A stretch of 64,000 bases of DNA from an uncultured virus (IMG/VR IMGVR_UViG_3300028833_000088). Taxonomy: Duplodnaviria; Heunggongvirae; Uroviricota; Caudoviricetes. The notes below the pieces were generated by a model that saw only the letters and a program-made list of their open reading frames with translations, was not told where the DNA came from and made no database searches. The DNA lies in the IMG/VR virus record IMGVR_UViG_3300028833_000088. One strand, given 5' to 3'. Position 1 is the first letter of the stretch, and each line of letters starts with the position of its first letter. Positions 12,416 to 22,791 of the stretch are shown here, in pieces. A program made the position numbers and the translations under genes.

Positions 12416-13276
12416 GTGAAAGGAGAATGTTTAATGAAAGTTATACAGAAAATAGTAAATCCCCATCTTTTTACTGTAAAGACTAATGAATCAGATAAAT
12501 CATACGAGTATGTTTTATTATCTATAAATGAAAATCAAGTACTAACATATAGAAATGATAATAAACTTGACATTAATATAATAAAAGATTTATTAGAGAA
12601 TCATGGATACGCTACTACATTATTATATTTAAATGAGAATTATGCTTTGTGTTTAGATAATGATAGTATAACAAAAGATAATATTCATGATTTTTATGAG
12701 GATTGTAACGAATTATTAAATAGTAATATAGTTATTGTAGAAGAAGCTGGTATTCCTTTAACTGAAATAAATGGTTATAAAATATTTGAAGGAGCGGGCT
12801 ATATTCTTAGAGGTAATGGAAAGAAAAAGATAAAAGAGTCTTTTGAAGAAGATTCTTATGAAGATAAAGCTTTAAGATATGCTGAAAAATATGGAATAAC
12901 TGATTATAAAGTAGATGGTAACACTATGACTTATCATGAATTTCATAAAGATAGTGTTCATGATAAAAAACCAACTAAATATGAATATAAAGTAAATTTA
13001 GATACTATGAAAAGTGAAAACGGAGTTCCTGTAAATGAAGATGGAACTCAAGCTTCTGATATAGCTCCTAAAGTAGATCAAGATATGAATAAAAGAGCTA
13101 CTAATTTTAAAAAGAAGAAGAGCTACGATATTTTACTAGATATAAATGAAAATGAAGGTTTAATAAATAAAGGATTTTTAAAAAATTCTAAAGGTCAATA
13201 TCAAAGAGGAGATTATATTTTAGTAAAAGAAGGTAATGTATACTCAGCGATACACAAAAATAAATTATTAAAATAA
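12416..13276 (+). CDS. hypothetical protein, possible internal virion protein
   Basis: follows TTTTATATATTATAATA motif; contains several x-N/K-E-S and INE motifs. Confidence 0.5.
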   Translation: MKGECLMKVIQKIVNPHLFTVKTNESDKSYEYVLLSINENQVLTYRNDNKLDINIIKDLLENHGYATTLLYLNENYALCLDNDSITKDNIHDFYEDCNELLNSNIVIVEEAGIPLTEINGYKIFEGAGYILRGNGKKKIKESFEEDSYEDKALRYAEKYGITDYKVDGNTMTYHEFHKDSVHDKKPTKYEYKVNLDTMKSENGVPVNEDGTQASDIAPKVDQDMNKRATNFKKKKSYDILLDINENEGLINKGFLKNSKGQYQRGDYILVKEGNVYSAIHKNKLLK

Positions 13277-13298
13277 TATTAGAGAGGAGAAAAATTAA

Positions 13299-14792
13299 AT
13301 GGCTTTAAAACAAAATAATTTAGCTAGTTCAACAACAGAGCAAGGATTTCCTACTTTAGTAGGATGTGCTCTACAAAGAGAAGAAACTCTTGAAGATGGA
13401 ACTAAAGTAATTGTAGAAGGAATTACACCATACAAAATGAAAAATGTTCTAAATGATAATGCACCTGAAGGAAGTAATATTACATTTAGAACTCCAGGAG
13501 AACCATATGTTACTACTTCCGGTGAAACGCTAAACGGTATTTGTCAAACATATAATGAAAATCATGATGAGATTTTCGATATTATTAAATTAGGAAAATC
13601 ATATAAATTTAAAATTAAAGAAAAATTAGATGAGCTAGATAATATGAGTTTAGAAGAAATAGCAGAATTTTTTGAACCTGCAGATAATAGAGTTGCGATT
13701 AGCGATTCTGAGGTTACTGCTTCAAGTGGAAATGGAAATGGTATATTAACAAGTTTTATGGAAGATCAAGGTATGCCTATAATAGCTTTAGTATATACAG
13801 AAGATTCAAAACAAAAAGGATTAATGTATATACCTAAATGTTTAACTGAAATTGAAGGTTCACCTTTTTACGGAGAAACACCTGGTTGGTATTTATCAGA
13901 TATGCAAGGCGGATTTACACCTGCTACAGTAGAAGAAATTACGATAAACAATGTTATTACTTTAATGAATAATTATACTGGAGATGCATCAAAACTAGGA
14001 GATGATTTAACTGAATATGATTCATCAAAACTTAATTGGTTACTTGAATCAGCAGAAGAAGTTGAAGGACCTGTTCCTAAATTAGTATCAATAACAGCTA
14101 CAACACAACCAGTAAAAAGCTCATATGTTGTAGGAGAAACATTTGATCCAACTGGTATGGTTATAACTGCAACTTTTGATGACGGATCAACAAAAGCAGT
14201 AACAGATTATACATACAGCCCAACAGGCGCTTTATCTTTAACTGATGCTAAAATAACAGTATCTTATACTGAAAATGACGACACAAGAACAGCTTTTGTA
14301 CCTATTAGTGTTGTAAATTTAATACTTACACAAGGTAAAACATATGAATTTGATTATAAAGCGTTAGCTGAATATGTTGAACAACAAATGATAACTAAAG
14401 GAATTATGGATGAAGCTGCGGGTATGAATCTTATTGGATTTTCTTGCGGAAATCAAAATCCAGTTATTGATGTTGGTACTACAAATATACCATATCGTTG
14501 TGGTTTTTTAGATTGCGGAGTAGTTCAAACTCAAGACGCAAATATTAGTTTTGGTACTGATGTTGGCGGTAGAGGTAATTGTGGTGAGATTGATGGAGTA
14601 TGGGATTTTTCTAATTACTTTAGTGATTTAATAGCTTATTTAAAAGAAGCAGGTAAAGTAACAGATATATATGAATTTGAAGCAGTTAATATTAGATACG
14701 CGCAACATATAACTATAAATCTACAAAATTGTGATAAACCTGTAACATATGAATTAGATGGAAATATAAACTGGATCACACAAAAGGATTAA
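13299..14792 (+). CDS. virion-associated protein with a bacterial Ig-like domain
   Basis: LVSITATTQPVKSSYVVGETFDPTGMVITATFDDGSTKAVTDYTYSP is a typical Ig-like repeat; N-terminus paralogous to 15436-15912. Confidence 0.7.
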   Translation: MALKQNNLASSTTEQGFPTLVGCALQREETLEDGTKVIVEGITPYKMKNVLNDNAPEGSNITFRTPGEPYVTTSGETLNGICQTYNENHDEIFDIIKLGKSYKFKIKEKLDELDNMSLEEIAEFFEPADNRVAISDSEVTASSGNGNGILTSFMEDQGMPIIALVYTEDSKQKGLMYIPKCLTEIEGSPFYGETPGWYLSDMQGGFTPATVEEITINNVITLMNNYTGDASKLGDDLTEYDSSKLNWLLESAEEVEGPVPKLVSITATTQPVKSSYVVGETFDPTGMVITATFDDGSTKAVTDYTYSPTGALSLTDAKITVSYTENDDTRTAFVPISVVNLILTQGKTYEFDYKALAEYVEQQMITKGIMDEAAGMNLIGFSCGNQNPVIDVGTTNIPYRCGFLDCGVVQTQDANISFGTDVGGRGNCGEIDGVWDFSNYFSDLIAYLKEAGKVTDIYEFEAVNIRYAQHITINLQNCDKPVTYELDGNINWITQKD

Positions 14793-14795
14793 CAT

Positions 14796-15422
14796 ATGGA
14801 TATTAAATATTTTGTTAGAACAACTAAAGATAGCAAAGTTAATTATGACTTGGACTATATTGAGATTTGTGATACCAAAAATCAGTATGTTCAATCATAC
14901 ATTGATGCATTAAATCTAATAAGTGATTACGATGCAGTTCTTTTAGAAGATGATTGCATATTATGTAATAACTTTAAGGAAGAAATAGAAAAAGTAATTA
15001 ATGAACATCCAAATGATATTATAAACTTTTTCAGTTTTCCAAATGATTATATAACATCACATTATTCTGCAAACTTTAATTATAATCAATGTACATATTT
15101 TCCAAAAGAATTAAGTAAAAAAATTGTACCTGAAATTCAATTAACATATGATAAAATGAAATATATTAAGTCATATGGAGCTTTATTAAATAAAGTATTA
15201 AGAAGAATGGGTATAATTCATTATATTTATAGACCAACATTAGTACAACATATAGATGCACGATGTAAGATTAGAAATACATTATATTTTAAAGATTATT
15301 TAGATAAATTAAATATATCTATAGAAGAAGCTTATAAATTAGAAAATCAAAGTAGATTACTAGAATTATTAAATAAAGATAGAGAAAAATGGCATGGAAT
15401 TGTAGATGGTATGTTTAATTGA
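14796..15422 (+). CDS. GT-A glycosyltransferase (GT25-like), paralog 1
   Basis: AVLLEDD metal-binding motif, PTLVQH; clearly similar to 16516-17151. Confidence 0.65.
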   Translation: MDIKYFVRTTKDSKVNYDLDYIEICDTKNQYVQSYIDALNLISDYDAVLLEDDCILCNNFKEEIEKVINEHPNDIINFFSFPNDYITSHYSANFNYNQCTYFPKELSKKIVPEIQLTYDKMKYIKSYGALLNKVLRRMGIIHYIYRPTLVQHIDARCKIRNTLYFKDYLDKLNISIEEAYKLENQSRLLELLNKDREKWHGIVDGMFN

Positions 15423-15435
15423 AAGGAGAATCTAA

Positions 15436-15912
15436 GTGGAAAAAATAAAACAAAACAAATTATCTGATTCTACTACAGAGTTAGGTTTTGTAAGAACAAT
15501 AAACTCTAACTTAGAAAGTTCTGGTTCAGATAATTTAATTTCATTACAAAGAGAAGTAGAATTAGAAGATGGAACTATTGTTACTGTTGAAAGTGTAACA
15601 CCTGAAAAGATGAAGAGTATTTTAAATAATAATGCTGTTATTATGGGTGGTACTGGTACTATTAATACTAAGACACCTGGAGAAATAGTTCAAGTATATA
15701 GTAATCCTAGTGAGATAGGACCAACAGAAACTAAGATTGCTAATGGTGTTGTTCAAATAACCAACAATACCGGAGAAATGGAACCTGTTCCTGATGCTGA
15801 AGAAGTTATGGATATATTAAATGATATAGATGGAACTTCAGATGATTATGATGGTATGGGTGGTACAGAAGAGGAAATAGAAGCAATATTAGATGAAATA
15901 TTGGGAAATTAA
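15436..15912 (+). CDS. hypothetical protein paralogous to the N-terminus of 13299-14792
   Basis: KQNKLSDSTTELGF and LQREVELEDGTIVTVESVTPEKMKSILNNNA match the upstream protein. Confidence 0.65.
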   Translation: MEKIKQNKLSDSTTELGFVRTINSNLESSGSDNLISLQREVELEDGTIVTVESVTPEKMKSILNNNAVIMGGTGTINTKTPGEIVQVYSNPSEIGPTETKIANGVVQITNNTGEMEPVPDAEEVMDILNDIDGTSDDYDGMGGTEEEIEAILDEILGN

Positions 15913-15934
15913 TTTAAGGAAGGAGAATAATAGA

Positions 15935-16513
15935 ATGAGTACTTTAAAAGATAAAGCACAAGATATTTTAGATGAAAAGATAGCTAAAATAAAACCTGAA
16001 AATATTAAAGAGGGAGTTACAGTTTTTGATGTTACTGGTACAGCTAAAACAATGTTAAGTTTTAACGTTGACGATTATATGACTATTGATTTTAAAGCGC
16101 TTTCAAGTGCAATGGACTCTGGATTACCAAGTAATATTAAAAGTGATTGGTTAGATTTACAATCATCTGGTGTATTAGGTGAAGTTATGTTAATAGTTAA
16201 TGCAATTTACAATGATAATAATACAAGTGATTTTATTAATATATACTTAAAAGTTGATGAACACGGATATGTATATATAAATTCAGATGAAGCACAAGTT
16301 TTTTCTAGAGATTCTATAGCACATATTGATTTATTTGATGGATGTGAATATAAAGTAAGTGATCTTATACGTGATTTAAATACATTAGATGCAGCACATG
16401 TAAAGTGTTTACATAGTTTTGATGTTCCGTCTACTACATTTATGTATGCAATATCATCAAAATCTGTTAAAACTAAATTCGCTACTAATGTTAAAATAAT
16501 AGGTAAGGAATAA
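15935..16513 (+). CDS. hypothetical protein, possibly virion-associated
   Basis: AGGAG RBS then MSTLKDKA; IKPENIKEGVTVFDVTGT resembles a repeat seen in phage tail/fibre proteins. Confidence 0.5.
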   Translation: MSTLKDKAQDILDEKIAKIKPENIKEGVTVFDVTGTAKTMLSFNVDDYMTIDFKALSSAMDSGLPSNIKSDWLDLQSSGVLGEVMLIVNAIYNDNNTSDFINIYLKVDEHGYVYINSDEAQVFSRDSIAHIDLFDGCEYKVSDLIRDLNTLDAAHVKCLHSFDVPSTTFMYAISSKSVKTKFATNVKIIGKE

Positions 16514-16515
16514 AT

Positions 16516-17151
16516 ATGAATATAAAATATTTTATAAGGACCATGGAAGGTCGAAAAGTAGACCTTCCAGAAGAATATGAAAGAATAATAGATAAAGAAC
16601 ATAGATACACAAAATCATACATTGATGCATTATATAAAATAAGTGATTGTGATGCTGTTCTTTTAGAAGATGATATAGTTCTTTGTAAAAATTTTGAAAA
16701 GGAAATAGAGAAAGTTATCAGTGAACATCCAAATGATATAATTAATTTTTTTACAAGACCTAATACATATTTTACAACTCATTACGAAAGCACTTTTTCT
16801 TTCAATCAATGTACTTATTTTCCAAAAGGAATAGCTAAATTTCTAGCTGATAAAATTATGGAAATTTATATACCTGAAGAAAAATGCGCACAACCACAAA
16901 GATATGGTTCACTATTATCTTTAGTATTAGTTAAAAATCATATTCCACATTTAATATATAGACCTTGTTTAGTACAACATATAGATAAAGATTCAACTTA
17001 CGATGGTTTAAATTTAAAAAGAAATAGTCCTTATTTTAAAGATTATTTAGATGAAATTGGTATAGATATGACTCAAGCTTATTATAAAGAAAATTATGAT
17101 AAGTTAATAGAATTATTAGAAGCTGATAGAAAAAAGTGGTATAATAATTAA
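16516..17151 (+). CDS. GT-A glycosyltransferase (GT25-like), paralog 2
   Basis: AVLLEDD, EHPNDIINFF, NQCTYFPK, PCLVQH shared with 14796-15422. Confidence 0.65.
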   Translation: MNIKYFIRTMEGRKVDLPEEYERIIDKEHRYTKSYIDALYKISDCDAVLLEDDIVLCKNFEKEIEKVISEHPNDIINFFTRPNTYFTTHYESTFSFNQCTYFPKGIAKFLADKIMEIYIPEEKCAQPQRYGSLLSLVLVKNHIPHLIYRPCLVQHIDKDSTYDGLNLKRNSPYFKDYLDEIGIDMTQAYYKENYDKLIELLEADRKKWYNN

Positions 17152-17179
17152 ATTAAATAAAAATTGAAAGGAGAAAAAT

Positions 17180-19027
17180 ATGAGACTTAGTGAAAGTATA
17201 CATAATGGTAGTACTTCAAATTTTTTAAATGAGATGAGTAAAGTAAATGAATCAAGTACAGAAGAATATTGGGATGCTACTGAACTTGATAGAGAATTAT
17301 TTATGTCTTTACTTAAGTTTAATTTTGGAAATGACTCAAAAGGTAATAATTATATTATTACTAATGATGCTTATGAATTAAAAAGATTTCATGCTAATAA
17401 TGATGAAGATGCTAAAAATTATTTTAGAGGTTATTTAAACTTAGAAAAAGATAATTTTGGAGACTATAGTGTAGAAGACGATGAAAATTTAAAGAAAGAA
17501 TATCATATTGATGAATCAGAAGAATTAAAAGAAGATTCAAATATAGATGGTCAAATGTCTTTCGATGATTTAGAATCAAACAACAACTCTGAAGAAAATA
17601 AAAATCAAAATGATGGTCCTGTATTTAAATACTATACAGAATTTAATTTAGCTAGTCCAGTAAATGATTTTGAAGCAGCTCAATCATACTTAACAGAAGA
17701 TGATATGACACAATATTTATTAGATGATGATAGAATACCTCAATCAGGAAGAGATAAAGTTAAAAGTGTTACTTGGGATTTAGAAGATGATGATAGAGGA
17801 ACTATATGGGTAGTAACAAATGCTGAATTAACTGAAGAAGAATCATCAGCTATTAGCGATTGGATAGGAGGTCAAAACTCAGATGGATTAGGCGAAGGAT
17901 TTGAACAACAAAGTTTTGCAGAAAATTATTATAATCCAGAAACTGGAGAAGGTCCTTTTACTTATGATGAAGCTGAAAGAGAAATTGAAGCAGAAATTGA
18001 AAGATTAGTAGAAGAACAATATGAAGATTATCTTGAGGTAGATGTAGATGAAGCTACAGAAGAAGATATTGAAAGAGCGCAAGATGAATGTAGAGACGAT
18101 TTAAGTAGACCTGGATCAATGTATAGTATAGATGATTGGTTTACAATGTCTTCTTTTGATTGGCAAACTAATAATTACAAATTAAACTTAAAAGATATGA
18201 ATGAATCAGAAGAATTAGACGAATCCGCTTTAACCGAGAAATATTCTTATAAAGAAACATTAGAAAAAGAATTAGAAAAAGTACAAGATATGATAGCAAA
18301 TTCTGATCCAAATAAAGATATTTCTGGTTTAGAAGAAAAAAGAGATTGGCTTATGAATAAATTAAATGACTTAGAAGAATCAGCTTTAAATGAAGCTAAA
18401 GGTAGAAAGCTATCTTTTGAAGAATATAAAGACTTATATGATCCACATTGTAATTTAACAGATGATGAATTATATCAAATGTGGAAAACAGATAAAGATG
18501 AACTATACACTGATGAAGATATAGAAGCTATTAGAAAAGAAGTAGAAGGTTTCTTTGAGATGGATGAATCTGCTTTAAATGAAGCAGATGGTTGGATAGC
18601 TTTCTATAATGGAAATAAAGTAGAAATAACTAAAGATGAAGCACATGATTTATGGAGTGCAAAACAAGTAGCTATTAAAAAATTAAATGTGCCTAAATCT
18701 AAAGTTTCATTAGTTGCAGTAGAACCTGCTTATAATGAATCTGCTTTAAATGAAGATGATAGTTTTTATAATGAATTAGAAGTTACTAGTTATAGACCAA
18801 CAGGACAAGATGAAGGCGCTTTGGCTAATATGAAAATTAAATCTAAATTTGGTGAACTAGAAGTTAATTTATTAAATATAGATGGTGAATATAGATTAGT
18901 AACTCCAAATATGTGGAGAACTAAAGAAGAGGAAGAGCTTATTAATAATTTAGTTAATGAATATGGAATGCAAGGATTAATAGATTTTGCAGCTGATTAT
19001 CATTATAAAAAATCTCATTCAAATTAG
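17180..19027 (+). CDS. acidic multi-module protein, probable internal head polyprotein
   Basis: very D/E rich; modules separated by repeated (D/N/E)ESALNE linkers. Confidence 0.55.
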   Translation: MRLSESIHNGSTSNFLNEMSKVNESSTEEYWDATELDRELFMSLLKFNFGNDSKGNNYIITNDAYELKRFHANNDEDAKNYFRGYLNLEKDNFGDYSVEDDENLKKEYHIDESEELKEDSNIDGQMSFDDLESNNNSEENKNQNDGPVFKYYTEFNLASPVNDFEAAQSYLTEDDMTQYLLDDDRIPQSGRDKVKSVTWDLEDDDRGTIWVVTNAELTEEESSAISDWIGGQNSDGLGEGFEQQSFAENYYNPETGEGPFTYDEAEREIEAEIERLVEEQYEDYLEVDVDEATEEDIERAQDECRDDLSRPGSMYSIDDWFTMSSFDWQTNNYKLNLKDMNESEELDESALTEKYSYKETLEKELEKVQDMIANSDPNKDISGLEEKRDWLMNKLNDLEESALNEAKGRKLSFEEYKDLYDPHCNLTDDELYQMWKTDKDELYTDEDIEAIRKEVEGFFEMDESALNEADGWIAFYNGNKVEITKDEAHDLWSAKQVAIKKLNVPKSKVSLVAVEPAYNESALNEDDSFYNELEVTSYRPTGQDEGALANMKIKSKFGELEVNLLNIDGEYRLVTPNMWRTKEEEELINNLVNEYGMQGLIDFAADYHYKKSHSN

Positions 19028-19043
19028 AAGAAGGAGGATTACA

Positions 19044-20055
19044 ATGAGCAATACTAGAAAATTATTTGAAAGCTTTCAAAATAATTTAAATGAAGGAGCA
19101 GCAGAAGATAACTTTATTAAACAATGTGAAGAAAGTGGAAAATTTGATACTTTGCAAATGATGGAGATTAAAGATGGTTTTGAATATGATTTATCAATAG
19201 AACAAGTACAGGTTTATGCTAAACCTGAATTCGATTGGAATCAGATGGGAAAAATTGCAGATGGTTTTGAAGAAGGTTTATCTTTAGAACAAGTAAAACT
19301 TTATGCTAAACCTGAGTTTAGTACTTCTAAAATGTATTTAATTAAAGAAGGTTTAAAAAGAGGTTTTTCTATGGAACAAATACAAAGTTGTATTAAACCA
19401 GAATTTAATAACAATCAAATGTATGAAATTGGAGTACGGTTTTGAACATGGTTTTTCTATGGAACAAATACAGCTTTACGCTAAACCTGAATTTAATTAT
19501 GAACAGATGGAACAAATTAGATTCGGTTTTGAAGATGGTTTATCAATAGAACAAGTACAGATTTATGCTAAACCTAAATTTAGCAGCAAACAGATGAAAA
19601 AAATTATAAATTATTATAAAGATGGCTTATCTATGGAAACAGTATTATCTAATATAGATTATGATTCAAGAAAAAAATATAATGACAAAGATGAAGATGA
19701 ATATGATGATGAAGATGAATATGATGATGAAGATGATGAAAATGAGAATGACCATTATAATTTAGTAGCAACATATGATAATAATAATAAAATAATATTT
19801 TATAAAATATTTGAGGTAGGAAGTGAAGAGCCATACATATATTTATTTGATGAAGTTAAAGAAGCTATTTCTGTGGCAGAGAAAAATGAAAATGCTTCTG
19901 CTGTAATAATATTCGATTATGCTAGACGCGAAGAAGGAGATTTACTAGTATGGACTAAAAAAGAAGGAGAATTAGATGAACTTAGAGAACCAGATTCAAA
20001 ATATTATACTAGTGAAACAGAAAAACTAATAGATAAGATAGCAGAGGAGGAATAA
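19044..20055 (+). CDS. repeat protein (about 5 x 26 aa YAKPEF repeats) with N-terminal RKLFESFQNNLNE tag, +1 frameshift at 19437 (about 336 aa joined)
   Basis: repeat unit QMxxIxxGFExGLSxEQVxxYAKPEF continues across GGA GTA C GGT TTT GAA CAT; AGGAGG RBS before ATG 19044. Confidence 0.75.
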
Positions 20056-20058
20056 AAA

Positions 20059-20805
20059 ATGAGTGAGACTAGAAAATTATTTGAAAGCTTTCAAAATAAT
20101 CTAAATGAAGAATATAATCCATTAAATATAAAACTATTCATGAATACTTGGGGTAATTACAATGTAAACGGAGCAGATGTAGATTCTATAGGTGGTGGCT
20201 GGATGGACATAGAACAAGTTAAAGATTTCTTAGAAAAACATTCAAACGAAGAACCATTTATAAATGATGTTAATGGAGATGCTCCATTTGAAATAAATGA
20301 ATATTCAAATGTAGAACAAGTAATTGAATGGCTAGAAGCATATGAAAACTTATCTGAAAATGAACAAGAGGCTTTTACAGCTATTATGGAAGATCAAAAC
20401 AATGATTTTGAAAGTACCATGAATATATTAGAATCTGGAGATTATATATTCTTTGCAGGAGTAAATAATGAAGAAGATTTAGGTAGAGCTTGGGTAGATA
20501 TGGTTGGTGGATTTGAAGGAATAACAGATATAGAAAATTATATAGATGAAAATGCTTACAGAGAATCGTGGAGAGATGCTGCAGAATCTGATGCTAGAGA
20601 AAGTAATCCTGATTTAGACGAAGATTCAGATGAGTTTAATCAAATAGTAGAACAGTGGTTAGATTCAATCGTTCCAGAAGAATTACAAAATGATATAGAA
20701 GCAGGAAAAGATTTAACAGAGTATTTTGATTACGAAGCTTTAGGTAATGACTTATACAATAATGGATTTTTCTTCGCTAAAACTGGAGCTATTCAAACTT
20801 TATAG
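20059..20805 (+). CDS. ardA: ArdA-like antirestriction (DNA mimic) protein with N-terminal RKLFESFQNNLNE tag
   Basis: TWGNYN...GGWMD, FINDV...FEINEYSNV, EEDLGRAWVD, EYFDYEALGNDL; highly acidic. Confidence 0.7.
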   Translation: MSETRKLFESFQNNLNEEYNPLNIKLFMNTWGNYNVNGADVDSIGGGWMDIEQVKDFLEKHSNEEPFINDVNGDAPFEINEYSNVEQVIEWLEAYENLSENEQEAFTAIMEDQNNDFESTMNILESGDYIFFAGVNNEEDLGRAWVDMVGGFEGITDIENYIDENAYRESWRDAAESDARESNPDLDEDSDEFNQIVEQWLDSIVPEELQNDIEAGKDLTEYFDYEALGNDLYNNGFFFAKTGAIQTL

Positions 20806-20849
20806 AAATAATAAAATTAGCTAATTCACTTGTTCATTTTATATAAATT

Positions 20850-20890
20850 GCACTTAGATTTTCATATTGATTATTTAGGTGCTTTTTTAT
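20850..20890 (+). terminator. probable rho-independent terminator
   Basis: GCACTTAG...TTAGGTGC stem followed by TTTTTT. Confidence 0.5.
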
Positions 20891-20945
20891 TTTGTGACTA
20901 AATAGCATAATATATAATATATTTAATTGATAAGGAGTAGTATTT

Positions 20946-22271
20946 ATGGCTAGGAGAGAAGAACTATTAGATAAATGTAAAGATTTGGGAGTAGAACCTG
21001 AAAAATCAAGAAATAGAATTAATAAAGATACTGGAGAAAGATATCAAGAAAGTACAGTATTAGATTGTGAAAAAGCAATTCAAAAATATTATTTAGATTT
21101 ATATGAAAGAGAAGGTCATTTAAATCCGTTTATAAAGAGTATATTAAAGTTAGATAGTCCTATGTTAGCATTACAAATAAAAGATAAAAAATTAGATAAA
21201 ATAAGAGACTTAATTTGGGAAAATAATAATAAATATATATTTCAAGAAAAAATAGATGGATGTAGATGTATGTTTTGTTATGATAAAAATTTTGGAAATG
21301 ATTATTATAGTAGAAATAAATCTGTAACTGATTGTTTACCTATATCATATAAAACTAAATTATTAATGCCTGAAATAAATCAAAATGTTTTAAATAATTT
21401 TGGAATTAATAATTTTATTATAGATAGTGAGCTAATTCCTTTACATAAAAGTATTGAGAATATGTCAGACGGTACAGAAACTGTAGCAGATACTCAATTA
21501 AATCTAGTAACTAGTATATTAGGTAGTTTAGATGATTTATCACATAAACTACAAGAAACTAATCCACTTAAATTTATGGCTTTTGACTTAATAAAATTAA
21601 ATGATGAATGGTTAATAGATTTACCTTTAATTGAAAGATATAAAAAACTTATAAAAATATTATCTATTATTAAATCTGCTGGTTTAAATGATAGAATTGA
21701 ACCTGTTAGAACTACTATGATAAATAAAGAACAATTTTATAATCATATATTAGCTGAAGGCGGAGAAGGATGTGTTGTAAAAGATTTAACTAGTAAATAT
21801 GATATTTTAGGTAAACGAGCAGGAGAATGGATTAAAGTAAAAAGAACAGTATCTCAATCTATATTAGAAGAAAAGACTGGAGATACTATAGACGTATTTG
21901 TTACTGGATTTAAAGAAGGAACTCATGGAACTTCTAACGAAGGATTAGTAGGAGCTCTAGAATTTTCTACGTATCTTACAGATGATAATGATAATTTGAT
22001 TACAGATGAAACAGGAAATCCAATAATACACCACATAGCTACAATTTCAGGAATAACTAACGAATTGAGATTTGCTATTTCTGAAATAGACGAATTTGGA
22101 CAAGTTAAATTGAAAAATGAGATTTATGGAAAAGTAGCTACGATAGATGGTCAAGACATATCAAGTAGGAATAAAAGATTTTCTCATGCTACTTTTCAAG
22201 GTTGGAGACCTGATAGAAGTGCAGAAAGCTGTAAATTTAGAGAATCTTACTTAAATTCATTAATTTTGTAA
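20946..22271 (+). CDS. ATP-dependent DNA ligase
   Basis: EKIDGCR adenylation motif, IIDSEL, FMAFDL, EGCVVK, WIKVK, RFSHATFQGWRPD. Confidence 0.9.
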   Translation: MARREELLDKCKDLGVEPEKSRNRINKDTGERYQESTVLDCEKAIQKYYLDLYEREGHLNPFIKSILKLDSPMLALQIKDKKLDKIRDLIWENNNKYIFQEKIDGCRCMFCYDKNFGNDYYSRNKSVTDCLPISYKTKLLMPEINQNVLNNFGINNFIIDSELIPLHKSIENMSDGTETVADTQLNLVTSILGSLDDLSHKLQETNPLKFMAFDLIKLNDEWLIDLPLIERYKKLIKILSIIKSAGLNDRIEPVRTTMINKEQFYNHILAEGGEGCVVKDLTSKYDILGKRAGEWIKVKRTVSQSILEEKTGDTIDVFVTGFKEGTHGTSNEGLVGALEFSTYLTDDNDNLITDETGNPIIHHIATISGITNELRFAISEIDEFGQVKLKNEIYGKVATIDGQDISSRNKRFSHATFQGWRPDRSAESCKFRESYLNSLIL

Positions 22272-22278
22272 AAAACTA

Positions 22279-22333
22279 ATCACCAGAATAAAACCAGATT
22301 AATTTTTATATCTTATTAATATAATTTATTAAC
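22279..22333 (+). repeat. dispersed bipartite ~50-bp element, copy 1
   Basis: ATCACCAGAATAAAACCAGA...TTAATATAATTTATTAA. Confidence 0.75.
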
Positions 22334-22353
22334 TAAAAAGGAGATGATCTTAA

Positions 22354-22749
22354 ATGAATTACGGGAAGCTTTGTGAGGATGTTGAAAATATTTTAAAAAT
22401 AGAAAACTCAAAAGGCACAAAAGATGATAAAATTATAAGTATTTTAGAAGAAGAGGTATACGATCAACTAGATATCAATAAAAATGATATCAGTAGTTTT
22501 AAAAATTATATATTGTACGATACAGTTAAATTTTTAGACAGAAATGAAGTAAAAATAAAAGATTCAACAGAATTAAAAAATCTAATATTAAAAGAAATGA
22601 GTAATAATATTATAGAACATTCAGTTGAAGAAGCTGATAGAAATAAAATATTTATGTATATCACTTTAAATGAGTATTATAAAAATCCAAATAAGTTGAT
22701 AGATAGTATAATAAATTTTAAATACATTATGAAGCCTAAAAAGACTTAA
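22354..22749 (+). CDS. hypothetical protein
   Basis: 131 aa ORF with AGGAG RBS. Confidence 0.6.
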   Translation: MNYGKLCEDVENILKIENSKGTKDDKIISILEEEVYDQLDINKNDISSFKNYILYDTVKFLDRNEVKIKDSTELKNLILKEMSNNIIEHSVEEADRNKIFMYITLNEYYKNPNKLIDSIINFKYIMKPKKT

Positions 22750-22791
22750 AAATGTTATATGTTTATATATATTATTAGAGGTAGTATATTT

